The notes under the pieces were generated by a model. That model saw nothing but the letters and a program-made list of their open reading frames with translations, had not been told where the DNA came from and did no database searches. Position numbers and translations under genes: made by a program. Below are positions 38,501 to 53,246 of a stretch of 64,000 nt of DNA, one piece after another (position 1 is the stretch's first letter; the number at the start of each line of letters is the position of its first letter). Origin of the DNA: Seison nebaliae (lineage: Eukaryota); the NCBI GenBank assembly GCA_023231475.1, contig JALJEE010002316.1, forward strand, positions 62,001 to 126,000, in the 5' to 3' direction.

Positions 38501-40828
38501 CAGAAAGAGTTTAGTATCAATACACATGGCAAGAGTGATCTCTCACCATTATTCGTGATAAATGAAGTTCAAAATTTATGTAAGAAACTCATCATCGTAG
38601 AAGGTGAGGACGCTATCAGTCGTGAAGCTCAATTGAATTCTACATTACTTATAAATGTTCTTATTCGATCAACTTTAAATTCTAAGCGTGTAATGGAAGA
38701 ACATAAATTATCTCATAACGCTTTCGAATGGTTAGTGGGTGAGATTGATACTCGATTTCAAAAAGCGAAAGTTCAACCAGGTGAAATGGTTGGAGCATTA
38801 TCGGCACAATCACTTGGTGAACCAGCTACTCAAATGACATTGAATACTTTCCATTATGCCGGTATGTCAGCGAAGAATGTAACGTTGGGAGTTCCGAGAT
38901 TGAAGGAGATTATTAACGTATCAAAGAAACCGAAAACACCATCACTCACCGTTTTCCTCACGGGAAATGCGGCGGCTGATGCTGAAAAATGTAAAGATGT
39001 ACTTTGTCGATTGGAACATTGTACGTTGAGGAATGTGACATCGAATACGTCCATTTATTATGATCCAGATCCAGCGAACACTCTCATTTTGGAGGATCGA
39101 GAATGGACGAGTATTTATTTTGAATTACCAGATATGCAACAAAATAAGTTGTCGCCATGGTTACTAAGAATTGAATTGGATAGGAAACGAATGACAGATA
39201 AAAATTTGACAATGTTACAAATTAGCGAGAAGATCGCCGATGGTTTTGGAAATGAATTAAGTTGTATTTTTAATGATGATAATGCTGAAAAGCTTATAAT
39301 TCAAATTCGTCTTTGTGACGTGGATGAATCGAGAGAAGATGATTTATTGAAAATGGATGACGAAGTATTTTTACGATATTTGGAAGCTCAAGTTTTAGCC
39401 GATTTAACATTGAAAGGAATCGAAGCGATTACGAAAGTTTATATGCACAAACCGAAAGAGAAATCGAAAAAATTAATAAATATCAATAAAGATGGTGAAT
39501 TTTGTGAAACAGAAGAATGGATTCTAGAGACTGATGGATCATCATTAATCGAAGTATTAAGTACGAGAGATGTGGATACTGTTCGAACGACGACGAATGA
39601 TGTGGTGGAAATTTTTTCCGTTTTAGGTATCGAAGCTGTCAGGAAAGCGATCGAGAAAGAATTATATCACGTTATCTCATTCGATGGCTCATACGTCAAT
39701 TATCGTCATTTAGCACTCCTTTGTGAAGTGATGACATCGAAAGGACATTTGATGGCGATTACTCGTCATGGAATTAATCGTCAAGATGTCGGTCCCTTAA
39801 TGAGATGTACGTTCGAGGAGACGGTCGATGTTTTACTCGAAGCCGCTGCTCATGGTGAGAATGATCCGATGAAAGGAGTTAGTGAAAATATCATGTTGGG
39901 ACAATTGGCGAAATTGGGTACGGGATGTTTCGATATTATTCTCGATGTGGAGAAATGTAAAGATGGAGTACAAATGACAGGAGCTGATCAATGTGAGAGT
40001 TCTCTCTTATATAAAAATGTTCTTTCTAGTCAAATGAAAGGAGGAGAAACACCGACACATAATCATGTCCATCATTTTGGTGGTCAATCACCATTCAATC
40101 CAAATTCGACTGATGGAAGTTTCTCTCCTGGTGGAAGTTTTTCACCATCCGTTGGCGATTCACCATCTCCAAATATCGAAGATATGTATGGAAGAAGTCC
40201 AGTTATCGATTCTCCTTCACCAACATCACCATCTGGTTTTGGTAGTCCTGCATCTCCCGTATATGATGAATTTTCCACATCACCATCAGCTGATTTCTCT
40301 TTCGCTTCTCCCAATATCAGTGACAATCATCCGTTATCGCCATCCGGTTCTTATGATTTTGTGGGGAAACAATACACATTAACCAGTCCAAAAATCGACG
40401 ACCAATCTTCGGCCGCTTCGTATTCACCTCGTGCTGGAAATGTCAATTCTCAATTGGGATATTCTCCAGTCAATCAAAGTTATCATCCACAATCACCAAT
40501 AGCCAACACGAAATATTCACCTACTTCACCTGGTTATTCGCCCAGTTCACCCGATAACTCCTCCACTTCTGGTCCTTATAAAAAAACGGAATTATATTCA
40601 CCAACTAGTCCTCAGTACGTGGCGACCGGATCGAGACAAACAAATTATTCGTCTAATTATGTGGGAATGTCGGAATATGAAGGTCAAGAAAATTCTAGTT
40701 ATTCACCATCATCACCCAAATATTCACCATCATCTCCACAATATTCACCTGCCTCACCACAATATTCGGCACGCTCACCTCTACCTTATTCCAATAGTCC
40801 CCAATCGCCAAGTGGTTCAAATTATTAG
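35567..40828 (+). CDS. RPB1: DNA-directed RNA polymerase II largest subunit, intronless, degenerate CTD
   Basis: 1753-aa ORF with GHFGH zinc motif, [14 protein letters not shown], catalytic [11 protein letters not shown], bridge helix [18 protein letters not shown], trigger loop [15 protein letters not shown] and YSPxSP repeats. Confidence 0.99.
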   Translation: MASINAQISDSAAPYRTVHQVQFGVLSPEETREMSVAEIQYCETMEGGRPKLGGLMDPRQGPVDRTSRCMTCSCNTTDCCGHFGHIQLAKPVFHIGWLTKTIKVLRCVCHFCSKLLIKSDRPEVLAIVAKTKNAPRKRLEMIYDLCKSVKICDVDSDESKENKIDEERCGKRQPVLARDGLDVTFKWKKDKDENNEDYDTNDRLLSAERALEILRKVSDDHSLILGFDPRFSRPDWLILTVIPVAPLCVRPQVISFGTQRSQDDITHKLADIIKSNQQLQRNERSGVAEHIIQEDIKNLQYHVATMMDNEIPRVPPAIQKSGRPLKSVKQRLKGKEGRIRGNLMGKRVDFSARTVITPDPNLGIDQVGVPKSIAQNLTFPELVTPFNLQQMNELVSRGDMYPGAKYIIRDTGERIDLRFHPKTTEIHLKYGYIVERHMIDDDLIVFNRQPTLHKMSMMAHRVKVLPWSTFRLNLSVTTPYNADFDGDEMNLHLPQSVETRAELSQLMMVPRMIITPQSNRPVMGIVQDTLTAVRKMTKRDVFIEKEDMMNLLMFLPGWNGELPQAAILKPKPLWTGKQLFSCIIPGKVNCQRTHSTHNDKEDESEYKWLTPGDTKVIIANGHLISGILCKKTLGPSAGSLMHVVFMELGYEVAAQFYRAIQMVVNNWLLIEGHTIGIGDTIADATTFENIQQYIQHARRKVDEVIESANQDKLRLTPGNTLRQTFENEVNKVLNAASENTGGCAQQSLSEFNNFKAMVVAGSKGNKINISQVIACVGQQNVEGRRIPFGFRCRTLPHFTKDDYGPESRGFVQNSYLAGLTPTEFFFHAMGGREGLIDTAVKTAETGYIQRRLMKAMESVMVKYDNTVRNSNEQLIQFRYGEDGLAGEHVEFQKLPTLLPSNKNFERRWKFDYTNNKILRDHLVDDVITNMHDDNRTVNLFNIEWDQLKEDRNHIRSIFKTADPNVVLPCNLYRLIENAQKEFSINTHGKSDLSPLFVINEVQNLCKKLIIVEGEDAISREAQLNSTLLINVLIRSTLNSKRVMEEHKLSHNAFEWLVGEIDTRFQKAKVQPGEMVGALSAQSLGEPATQMTLNTFHYAGMSAKNVTLGVPRLKEIINVSKKPKTPSLTVFLTGNAAADAEKCKDVLCRLEHCTLRNVTSNTSIYYDPDPANTLILEDREWTSIYFELPDMQQNKLSPWLLRIELDRKRMTDKNLTMLQISEKIADGFGNELSCIFNDDNAEKLIIQIRLCDVDESREDDLLKMDDEVFLRYLEAQVLADLTLKGIEAITKVYMHKPKEKSKKLININKDGEFCETEEWILETDGSSLIEVLSTRDVDTVRTTTNDVVEIFSVLGIEAVRKAIEKELYHVISFDGSYVNYRHLALLCEVMTSKGHLMAITRHGINRQDVGPLMRCTFEETVDVLLEAAAHGENDPMKGVSENIMLGQLAKLGTGCFDIILDVEKCKDGVQMTGADQCESSLLYKNVLSSQMKGGETPTHNHVHHFGGQSPFNPNSTDGSFSPGGSFSPSVGDSPSPNIEDMYGRSPVIDSPSPTSPSGFGSPASPVYDEFSTSPSADFSFASPNISDNHPLSPSGSYDFVGKQYTLTSPKIDDQSSAASYSPRAGNVNSQLGYSPVNQSYHPQSPIANTKYSPTSPGYSPSSPDNSSTSGPYKKTELYSPTSPQYVATGSRQTNYSSNYVGMSEYEGQENSSYSPSSPKYSPSSPQYSPASPQYSARSPLPYSNSPQSPSGSNY

Positions 40829-41698
40829 AGTATTTTTTGGGAAAAATGAAACAACACAATAAATTTTCTCAAACATTTTTTTCGAAGTTCACTCCGATGC
40901 CAAACGATATGCGCAAATGAGGAGAGTGCACAAACATTGCCCACTCAATCATTTGGTGGAACGAAAGAAAATTTCTCAATTTTTATTTTTTATGTTTTTA
41001 TTGACTTATATTGTATGTTTAACGGACGATTGATTGAAATTAAATAAATAAATTTAGAAAATAAATTTTCAAAAATCTTTTTCGTTTATGCTGAACATGA
41101 AAACTGTTTCCATTCGAGAAATGGCCGGTAGATACTTGACATTTATTTGTTTCTCTTCCAATCCGTGTTGTTGATTATTTGTCGTAGAAATAAGTCTCCT
41201 ATTCTTTATTTTCACCGTTATATGGAAATTGAATTGATTGTTACGTATATGTACAGGAGTATTTCGGGGAATTAGTGAGAAATAATTATCGGAATGGAAT
41301 TCTCTTCAAAATTCTCTCGACAATTTTTCGTTTAAAACTTTCATTATCGATGATGCAGATCAATAAAAGAGAAATGTTTTTCATAACTAACAAATCGTCT
41401 TGTCCTTCTGATATTTCACTAAATTCCTTCAAGCGCACTTTTCATTCATTTCTCGAAAAAACGAAATGAAAGAAAATTGTTTCCTCTCTCAATTGGATGT
41501 GTTTGTTCGAGGGATATCGAATGGTTCCTTTCCTTTATATCAATTTCATATTGTTTCGAATGTTCATTCTAATACTTTATTTATTTTCATTAAATTTAAT
41601 TAGTTATTACTATATTATACAAAACTTATATTGATTTTAAAGAAAGAAATTAATGAAAAGAAAATAGTAAATCTCTCAAAATATCCACTCAATGCGAT

Positions 41699-43796
41699 AT
41701 GTCCAGAAAGTCCACAATTCTTGAAGCGATCCTTTCCGGTAATACTTCTATTTTGACACATCCACTTTACGAGAAACATGTGAAAAATTGGACTACACCT
41801 CCAAATCTTTTAATTTTAGCATTGAAAATCAATCATGTTTTACGACGTCGTAAAGTTTTCAATCAACTCCTCCGAATGGGCGCCAATCCCAATTCAAGAG
41901 ATACTGAAGGCGCTTTCATTAACAATACGACTACGACGAGAATGATAGATCGATATAATCGATACGAAGCGGTTTATTCAGCACCTGTCACATTTCGAAA
42001 TCGATGTTCATTAATGAGAAATTCGAGAAGTAGTTGCACAGGAATATTGAGTAAAGATTATCGAATAGAGAGTGATAATATTCTGCCTAATAAAATTCAA
42101 AATGAAATTGAAAAGAATTTATTGAATGATTATATTGAGGCTGATATGACGGTTTTTGGATGGGCATGTCGATTGCAACGAATCGATCAAGCCTCTTATT
42201 TATTATCGAAGAGGTTGGCAGATATCGATGTTTTTACGACTGATCGTTGGAATGGAACTCCACTTCATTATGCTGTGTCAAACAACAATTATATTCTGAC
42301 GAAATTACTGGTGGATTATGCACTGAAATATGCCATCAATATAGATATGAGTGATAGTATGGGTAACACACCGTTATTATTAGCGAGAAAAAATAGTTTT
42401 AAAGAAATTGAAGAATTACTCATTAATTATGGTGGTGCAAGTAAATGTCAAGAGAATGGAATAGAATTCGAAATGTTACATGAAGTGGAGAAGAAATTCA
42501 AATTGGAAAAATCATTAACGAACAATAATTTCATGGATGGATTTCCAGGAATTTATTCACTTGAATTACAACTCAAAACAGAAGTTCGTTTAAATTCAAA
42601 AATTTTATTTTTTAAATTTCTCTTAGCGTGTCATGGAACGAAATGCAATTATCGATCAGATTGAATCGAATACTAGCGACAGTAAAATGACATTTGCCAC
42701 CACCGCCCAAATGACGAGTAGGAAACCGCCGAAATATCAAGGCAAAGAATCGACCATCGAGCCGACTTGTTCAATTTTAAAAAAGACTAAATCAAATCAA
42801 TCAACTCCTTCTCCAATATCATTTGCAGGTGCATCTCAGATAGATACGAGTAAATCGAATTTGGACATCTCCGTTAAAGACGAACCAGATATTCCGTTGA
42901 AGGAAATTTTGAAAAAGATCGAAAATAATTTAAGCTCAACGGGATTGATTCGTCGAAAAAAGAGTCTCCTCAACGAAATTTATTCGACGGGAACTAACTC
43001 GAATAAATTGAGAATAAATAAATTTGATTCTGAATTAATTTTGTGGATTTTGGAAGTGATCGGTGCCGGTTACAGTCGAGGAGAGATAGTAGATGAAATG
43101 AGAAATTATTTAGTTGACAAACAATTGTCGTTACAGAAGAAAAAGGAGGAGGAAGACGCGATAATGTCATCGATTAATTATAATCAATCGGCATTATCAT
43201 CTGGAAGTTCGACAATTCGAGTAGAATCGTCTGAGACAAAACGACAAATGGCTGAATGTCAACATAAAATGGATTCATTCCGTAACGAATTAATCAATTT
43301 CATTATGCTCTATAAGAATGCTCTTCATTATCATCAACAACTGAAGAAGCCGAGATCGAGAAAATCACGATCTTATCACAAAAATATGATTTTCGATTTC
43401 TCCAAATATTTGAAAACGAAGAAACAAGTCGAAGATTTCCTCTCGATAATTGGCGATTATATGACAGGTCATCAATTCTCTTCGTTATTTCCTTGTACGA
43501 AATTGAAGGCGAAACCGAAGGAACAAGTTCATTCGCTATTCAAATTGAAATCGGATATGGAAACCAAATCATATTTTCCTGCAACACCCGAGGACAATTA
43601 CTCGTCGAAGATATCGATTCGATCGATGATATCACAATGTCAGAGATCAAGGACAAGTGATCGACGAAGAAAAGATCGTTCATCAACTACCGGTGGGGTG
43701 AAGAGTCGATACTCGTCAGCAACGTCCATGATGTTCACTCATTCGAAAGGTCCATTACCATCCGATCGTCGCCAAAGTACGATGGTCAAGATTTAA
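41699..43796 (+). CDS. Ankyrin-repeat protein with low-complexity C-terminus; exons 41699-42583 and 42627-43796
   Basis: Ankyrin motifs GANPNSRD, GTPLHYAV and GNTPLLLA. A 43-nt GTTCGT..TAG phase-0 intron joins the two track ORFs in frame. Confidence 0.82.
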
Positions 43797-45342
43797 AAAT
43801 TTTCATAAATTTAATTTCCAAAAAAAATTTTTTTTTCAAAATAAAATTGATTATTTTAAAGAGAATTTCCATTTCATGACAGTTGCACACTATTTCGAGT
43901 TATTAGACATGAAATTGATTAATGTTATAAAATGTGATATAAAGATGTTGATCATTCAACGTACGTCGAAAGTTATTGATATATGATGATGAATAATAAA
44001 TCATCGGGAAAGCAATTATTATGAATAATTACATTGAACGTTTCCAATGTGTTGATTTAGCCAATATGTTACGACCTTTACTGATAACACTTTGATTTTA
44101 TCAATTGTGAATAATTATTCCAAATTCTCATCATTTCGCCCACGATAACGATTATGTTGAATTTGGTCTAACAATTCTTTATTTGAAAATTATTATTGAA
44201 ACAATTCTTATATGAGATGATTATCGATTTTTAAGTATTATTTTCATAAACCCGAAATTAAATAGATATCGGAATAGAATTATTATGTTCATATGACATC
44301 ACTTTCAATTAAGTTCGATATGATTTGTATGAAACGATCGGAAATCATCTAATCGGATAATGATAATCTTAATCTCTCTAACTAATTATCATTCTCTTAT
44401 CTCATATCAAGATCGATTTCATTATCTTCAAAAATGTTTTCATTTTTTCATCTTTCTCCATTTGGGGATGGAGTTTGGGGAATTGTTCAACGTAGACAGA
44501 GAGACGAGAGAGTTTTGTAAACAAGTTTGTCCGAAATCATTGAAACAGATATCGTGTGTAGTGGAGAAGGGAGAGATTATGAAGATGAATTGAGAATAAT
44601 TTGTTGAAATGAGAGATAATAAACCAATCTTCCAAGGTATCATACAACACATTTGATATGTTTCTCTCTCACGAAAATTGGAATGACGGAAAAAGTTTTT
44701 TTTGCCTGTCAAAAGACAGAAAATATTTATTTTTTTTGCTTCGTTCCATTAATGGAAAGTGTCGGAGAATTATTAAAAGAGAAAGTTTAATATACTTAAT
44801 ATATGATCAATAAAACACAATGTGTTGTCATGATCGATCATTCCGTGTTCACCTGAACATTGATGAACTGAAAGAGGAATTATATGGAAATAAATTCCTT
44901 TGGAACTTTTCCGCGAAATTCGAGGAAGGAGTGAAGAAATATGATTTCGATTAATAAATAACTGTATTCCAATTGGAGTTTCCTTTTTCGACCTGATTCA
45001 TATCAACATCTCGTAAATAAGTAAATAAAACTCGATTTTCCATTCGATTAAAATCTTTCCTCTTCAATCCTTTCTCTTTGTTGTACGCGGTAACATATGG
45101 TGGTGATGGTAGTTGGTTGAACATTCCTTCTCAATTTCCTTCATGAGAATTTGTGGGGAGAAGAAATATAATGTCAATCATAATGGAAGCTATCGATTAA
45201 CCGCCATCCAATGTCATCTGGTGTCATTCCAATGACTGGATGGCTCCTGATTTAATTCTTACCCTAATTCGACTAATCATCGACTCAAATCAATCATGGC
45301 GTTTTAAAGGAGAGACATGTTTAAGTATTCGTTAAATCATTT

Positions 45343-45363
45343 GTAGTAGTAGTAGTAGTAGTA
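45343..45363. repeat. (GTA)n microsatellite
   Basis: About 7 GTA units, intergenic. Confidence 0.85.
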
Positions 45364-48315
45364 AGGTGAGTGGATATTGTGTTTGGTGTTATATTTTGGA
45401 ATTCTCTCCGCTTCGACGAACATATCTACACAGTCGATTGAATCGAACTATCATTTGCATTTACAATAAAGTTTCGGACGCCACTTTAATTTATTTTATC
45501 ACTTACACACATCTAGATTGATAAGAGGTATGTTTTCCATCTAAAAATATACACGGTCGAAATGGAAAAAGGAAGCCATCTATTAGACTGTATGCGATTT
45601 CTTCTGTTTCGTATGATATTCGAATCCGTCCACAAACCGTTCAAATCAAACAGTCATTGTTGTCACTTTCGTCTAGTTAAGGCAATCTCCGTTATTAGTC
45701 GACGTAATTATAGTGAAAGAGAATTTCATTCCAAATCAAAATATCGATTACTTCTCTCGTTCATAATAAATCAGATTTGGAGATGATAAAATGACGAAAT
45801 GGAGAAAATTATGGAGTCGAATTAATCAATAAATTGGAAATTCTAAATGTTTTTGTGTCAGAAGAACGTGCGCTTTCTACTCAAAAGAGAAGTATGTTCT
45901 ACAACTTCAGTTGATTATTATGAATAATGTCCGTTACACGTCACATAGACCATATCAAATATAAAGTTCTCTAATTTGTTTACGTAATGGCGAATGAAAA
46001 AGAAGAAGAAAACGTTAATCATAACGCTAAAATTTCTTTTCTCGCTTATAACTTAATAGATTAAGAGTAATTCATTGTGTTAAATTTACTTTTTTATTAG
46101 ATGAGTAATCGTAATGATGAACATTTTCGATTTCTCCAAACATTAAAATTTGGAAGTAGTTCTTTCTCGCTCCCTCTCAGATTTGTCTTAAATTACCACA
46201 ATTGACCCGAATTCTCTTAATGGGTTAGACGAAGAAGAATGGTACGGACGGCGTTTGAACGAGGACGTCGGGAGATGAAATGTGTCCAATTATATAGAAA
46301 TTCCTTTTCAGCTCTATTTACATATATTGGGGGAGGGGAGGAAGAATTGAATGTTAAGTTCCTTCTCGCGTGTGAGTAGTTTTAAGTGAGTTTTTTAGGT
46401 GTTTGCGTGGTGCTTGGGCGACGATTCTCTTCCATATCATTTCAACTTTTCTTATCGAATTCAGTCACATCTGTTCTTCACTTAGTCTTCCTCTCTCTGA
46501 CATTGAGAAGTTTTCAATCCATCGGTCAATCAAACAAAACTTTCGTACGAACACACGTTGACGGATGGAAGGTGATTACATAAACAATGAAAGTATTCCC
46601 ATGTTATCAGAACAAAAGAACCTTCGAAACTTCAACCATTTCCTTCATTTTGTTATTATCATTAACTTCGATTGATCAGTAATGAAAGGGAATAAATAGT
46701 GTGTGTATTGTTTTCGACGAGAATCATAAATAATGATATTAAATGTTGAAAAGATTAATTATTTTCCTTTTCACATCGATTTCCTTCTCCCATTTTTCCA
46801 TTGCGATTTCTTCTAGACAACAACAAAAGTCATTGAATAATCCTTAAATTTATGCAATCGATTGATGAGAATTGATATGTAACTCTCGTTCAACAAATAT
46901 TTGAATGTCATCCTATTTGATCTAGCTCTCTAATCAGAAGTTATTCGGTTTCTCCTAAATCATTTCACGAAAGAACAAGGACAGAAATTTTCAATTTGCA
47001 CAATCCTCTCATCACAATCAATTCAAAATTTCGAAATTTAGTTGTTATTCGTTGTTGAAATTCATTTCCAAGAGAATTTCAAACTTTTTCGATAGAGTTC
47101 ATCCTCATTCCTTTTCTCAAGGTACTCCCCTCCGCTAGTTTGATCAACGTGCGTATGCTTTCCATTACTTTAGTCCTAATTGTAAATGAATAATAATTAG
47201 AATACCATTAAAATATGTTAACACAACATCCAAAAGAGAATTGGATGATGATGTTGTAATGAAAGTAATTCGCGAAATTATTCGAAATTTCCGAGTGAGT
47301 CGGCGAGAGATAAGGAATAGTTGGCGCTAAGCTTAGCAAATGTTGTTTATCTGTCCATCAATTTGATCGCAACATTTATTCATCATTCCCGTTATCCTCT
47401 TCTGACTTCTCAGACAATTGGTAATTAATAAGATGGAGAATTTGTTTAGATAATTCATCTTTTCATTGAGATACGCAGTTGGCGGAAATATTATGAATGG
47501 TTATGAAGCGTTAACGGCAGTTAAGCGACGTTCATCAACTTTCATAATCTAAATACTCTATCACATGTTAAATTGTCAAACTTTCTCACTATTTATAGTT
47601 GTATCTTTCTTTTCTCGACATCTTTATTTTGTGTTCTTTTCGATTGTTTTACAACAAACGTTTCATCTAATCAATTTGAATTCACCTTTTTTTATTTCGC
47701 ATCATAACAACAACAACAACAACAACCCCAATAGTTGGATGTGGGATCAATGTAGTAATAGATTTATTCTCAATCTATATGACCTGTTTTCCCCATTAAT
47801 TTTTCATGAAGAATCAATTATGAAAATTCTTCTCCATATTTTTCTTAAGTGTTCTTCTTTTTTTTCATCTCAATTTATTTTCTTTTTCATTTTTGTATTA
47901 TTGGCGAAAATTTACGATATTCCTTTTCCTCAATATTCTTAATTTCTTTCCACTTGTTCAAATTAACCATCTTTTCTATTGTGTTACTTTTCTAATTAGA
48001 AGTTTAAAGAGGAAAATTATCGGGATGTGGGAAGAAAGTCAAAAAAACGAAAGTTTCATATAAATATCATCTAACACAATTTCTTATGTCTTCACATCTT
48101 TCCTAATTCTCCTCATATACAAACTTCTGTTATGAGTTCTCAATTCTCATTTGAGTTTTGAGGATATTGATATTCATAAATTACGAGAGGCCAAATTTCT
48201 TTTGATTTCTTTCAAAAATTCTTTCTGTGTTCAATTATTAGAGTACGGAATAATATCCATTCATTTACGAGAGCTGGAGAGGCACATACGGACTTGAAAA
48301 TTCACGCAAACGACT

Positions 48316-51300
48316 ATGCATCCTTCAGCCATTTTCCCTCAGAAAACTATTAATACGGATTATCGGAACAACGAGATTTATTCGATTTTCAATCAAAGTC
48401 CGTCTGCCTACTCCACCTCATCATGTTCATCTTCATCCACGTCATCCTCTTCTTCTCCCTCCACCGACCATAAACTCAAGAGAAAGAAGTCAGTGAATCG
48501 ACCTCTATTCTCATCCCCACGATTGTCGACGTCTCCTCCAGCCAACAGGAGGACCTCTCAAATTTCCAATCAACATTGTGATACGATAAGAGAAACGGAA
48601 GAAGAAGAAGAAGAAGAAGATATGAATAAACTGAAAGGAGACAAAGTTTCGAATGGAAAACGAAATTATTTGAAGAGTGAAATAAATGACATTGATGATG
48701 ATTCCTTCCAGTATAGTTCCGAGAGTGGAATCAGTTCGGAAGTGGAACCTCTGAAATTCGTTTCAAGTCAATCCCATCTGAAATTAACAAACGCTTCAAA
48801 GAATCATTCGACTAGTCGTCTAAGGAAGGAATTGCAGAACAAAAGACGAATGTTCTATTCACACGGCAACAATGATGAGTACGACGAGGAGAAACCATCA
48901 TGGTCGAATGAGAAGAAAGTCGACGATAATTCCAAATGTAATTGTTGTCCTTACGGATTTCATATCGAAACTAATTTCTCTTTTGAATTACCCGAATCGG
49001 ACGATAATATCTTTCAACAATCTCAACATTCTTCTCATATCAGAAGAAGATCAAACTTACCTATCATCTCACCACCAACGCTTCCAGCTACACCTCCACC
49101 ACCCCTTATTCCACTCTTTTACACGTCGATGAGAAATGCTGACACAATTAATAATGAGGCGGATAAATCTGATATCTTCCGCCAAATCGAAACGGAAATA
49201 ACAAACAATGAAAATAATATACTCAATTCCACCAATTCCAAATCGAAACATTCACCATCATCACATTTGAGAAGAGAACTACATGAAGGGGAAACAATTG
49301 AGGAATTGATGGTAATTAAACAAATTCCCAAAATAGAACAAGGAAAAGAGGAAGACTATTATCGGATGAAAGAAGAACAATTGATATCGAATATCGATCC
49401 AAATACAATAATGAACTCAATCGAAGTTTGTCAATTTCCATTAAAAAACGAAGATCTGCTACTACAAACCATCTCCAACGATATCTACGAGGAGAAGACA
49501 CAATTAGATAATAATCACGTCTTCAGTCGTCATAGTAGAAATGGAAGTTCTATCGGAGCATCAACTGCAGGTGATGAAAACGCTTTCTCATTAACATCAA
49601 CTCTCAATCGTAATAGTAGTCAAATTAATTCTCCAATTTCAAAGAAAATAAATAAGAGTTCCCATCAAATATCAGGTAAACATTTAATACCTCTCTCACT
49701 CGTCACATCATCGTCATCATCGAATATCGAGAAATCGTCAAACAAACTCTTGAACGGAACGAATAAAAAAAATAAGAGAAAATTCCTAATGAAAAAAAAT
49801 CAACAATGTCACGAGAAGAAACTGTATGAAGACAATTATGATGATAATAATGATGATGTTGATGATGATGATTTATTTCGAAATATTAATGGAACTAAAA
49901 AATCAAACGACAATTCAACAATAGATGATGATACCAATAAGAAAGACGATTCTTCTCATAGCAATGAGAAGAGATTGAAAACGAAGAAATTTGAGAATAT
50001 CAATAATTCCATATCAAGTGATGTAATTAAGACAAGATATATCCCTTATGAAATCTCGCCTAAAATACAATCATCATCTTCTGTATCATCTCCGTCGTTT
50101 GCAATTCCCATATCGTCGTCGTTGTCGTCGTCGTCATCGTCGTCTTTATTGTTGAAGCGTTCGGAAATATTTGAGGAGAATGACAAACAAAAGAGAAATA
50201 TTTCAGTTATCGATAATCTTAATGAATGTGTAAATGAAGTGGCCAGATTGAACAATAACGATAAAGAATTGATCTCCAATTCTCCTTTAATTACACGTCG
50301 ATATCGAAAGGACCAAGTGTCTGATGAGATAAAGGATAAGAGAAATGACGAAGAAGGAAAATTAAACAATCTTAATAATCAGAAAGATAAAGAAGCAACT
50401 CAAAACGAAGAGAATCCAGTGAAAGATGTGAGTACCACGTCCTCCGACGAAACGACAACTTCCGTAGAATTGCGACAAATTATGACAGAACGAAACGATT
50501 TATCGTCACATCGATATTTGTCCTTGCAACGACACTCTACACACACAAAAGATTATTGTAGTAATCAATCATTGAACAATCCAAAAAGACGTGCCGAAAC
50601 TCCGAGTTTTCTTCGATATCTCCATGAAATTCCAATGCGACCTAACAACAATTCCGACGAATTCAATTCACTTGAAAATCATTCCAACAATTTCTTCCGA
50701 CTAATCGATCAGACCAATCGACAGGATATTAATAATCAAAATAAATCGAATTATTATGTTAGTCCTCCTTATCATACATATTAATTACTCTCACCATCTT
50801 TATGGTTTCTATTAAACTTAGTTGAAGGGGAATGTCCTATAAAGGACATGGAGGAAAGGAGAAATGTGATAATGTTCCTAATAGTCGTCTCCAATCCCGT
50901 CATTTGACGGTAAGTTGATGTAAAGAAGAATGTTTAGGATAGTGACGAGGAGGTAACATAATATTAACATAAGTCTAATTGAAGTAAATTAGGAAAATAA
51001 CGGTTATTTAGATGCTGTCGATGAAACACCATATTCAGGTGAGATAACAAGTCAGAATTTAATGGAAAATATGATATTTATCTTACTTGATTTGAGATTA
51101 GCTAAACCACATATCTAATCCATTTCATTTGACATGACACCAACCCGTACTTGTGATTAACTAATTAAATTATTGGGATGAAAAATAGAAAGAGGAATAT
51201 GAAAATTATCATGTTCATCATCTGTTCGTGAATTGAGGTGAAAATAATAATATTGTTATTGTTCTTGTTCTTGTTAAGTAATAATAACCTTAATATTTGC

Positions 51301-53210
51301 TTTATATTTCTATTCAAATAAACTCTATAAACATTCATTAATATCAACAGTGAATGATTTGTGTGTGTGTGTGTTTTTGTGCTTGTGTTATGAAAATGAG
51401 AAGAATTCGATGTAACGTAGTTCAATTCTCACATCTATTCAACTAGTGGTGATGTGCAGAAAGTGACATGGAGTACATAATCTAAATGTAAATTATTTGG
51501 TTAATCAATGAACTATCCCAATGAACTAGTCGTAGAGATGATAAGAACGCCACCGTCAAACTAAGAAAAGGCAGGCTCTAACTCGATTGGCGAGGTGGAA
51601 AGGAGTTGAAGAAAGTTTTGTGAAAACGGAGAAGTGTTGTTGGAAATTAATTAATTGAATTATTAAGAAAAGTTTTCGATTCGTATCCTATCTCGACAAC
51701 GATTGCGTATTATTCAGGCATCGTTAGACGTGTACCAATTTTCACAAACTTTTCCGCTTTGCGGCAATAGACTGTCGAAATGTTAGATAAAGTAAGAAGA
51801 AGGAGAGAAGTAGAAGACAAAGAGCGAAATGAAGAAACAAACTGAGAAATAGAAATAACAACGCAACAACAACAATGGTGAAGCAAACGAACAATGGATT
51901 AATCCTTTCTTGCGAACAATAGGAATTTATGTCATTTTGTATAACTATAAACATTCAATTACCATTTGATGCGATATATGTCCGAAAGGAATTACACAAT
52001 CACTACCACCACCACCATCACTATCACCATCACCTATTACAACTAATAAATTTATTAATTATAGTTAATATTCGATTTGTCCTCATTAATAAATAATTAG
52101 AAGAGATGAAATTATATTAAATAATTATCCGACTTCTTCTTCTTCTTCTCTGTAACCGAAACTAAACGGAAAAAGAAAACGATTGACAAGTGTAACTAAC
52201 GTCGCATCAAAGGCGAAAGAATTAATTTTTGTTTTGATTTCGAAATAATGATCGACAATTCGATTAATAAAAGATTTGTACATTCCAAGAAGATCACCAC
52301 GAATATTCAACATCCATTCAACAACACGGATCTATCTGGAACTGATGAGTCGAACGATAAAAATGAACGATCGTTCAAATCGAAATACTTCCCATCGTCA
52401 AACAAATTCCTAATGAGAACTCAGTCAGCTGTACGAAATTCATGTTACGACCAAGAACGTCGACCCAATAATATTCACAAGCAGAAGACGGCAATAAATA
52501 AGAACAATGTCAAATTAAAGAAAGAATTCTTCGAACGTCGCTTTCTTCCTAATAACAGTGGAATGGGAAACGCTGAATGTCAACGTCGAGAGCCGTCAAA
52601 TTCGCCTCATAAAACTCTTCGCAGTCGCTCTATCAATTCGGCAATTTCAAATATACGACATCATAAAATTATTTATGAAACTGATGATTCACCCACTAAC
52701 GTCTCCATCGATAGTGATCAACCTTTCAATAAAAATAATAAAGAAAGCAATCGCAGTACAAATAAAACACAATCTCTGTTTCCACATCGTCGAACCAATC
52801 ACAACACGAACAGGAATTATGAAGAACGTAAAATTGTGGACGACGACGAAGAAGATGATTATGGTTTCTTATCTGACGCCATCTCATTAAGAAGGACTAT
52901 GATTAACTCGGTAAGTCAATGCAGTAATACTGCAATCACTCCAAAATTTCCGATTAAAACGAATAATTTAAAACCCAGGATTAATGTAAGTTCTATTTTT
53001 TCCAACTTCTTCTTCCTCAAGGGAACTTTCCTTCAATTTTCATATAAAACGATTTTCTTTTCCTTCATTTATAATATCTAATTATTAAAATAATCCTCTC
53101 AATTTTTATTATTATTATTATTATTATTTATTATGTATACTTATCATCTTTTTTCTTGTTTAGATCAATTCCAATACAAATTCCTCTATACAAACCAACA
53201 ACAACAACAC

Positions 53211-53246
<36 letters not shown>

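Noticed and set aside
42584..42664. Overlap of ORFs 41699-42664 and 42633-43796 resembling a programmed frameshift
   Set aside because: A 43-nt GT-AG intron joins them in frame.
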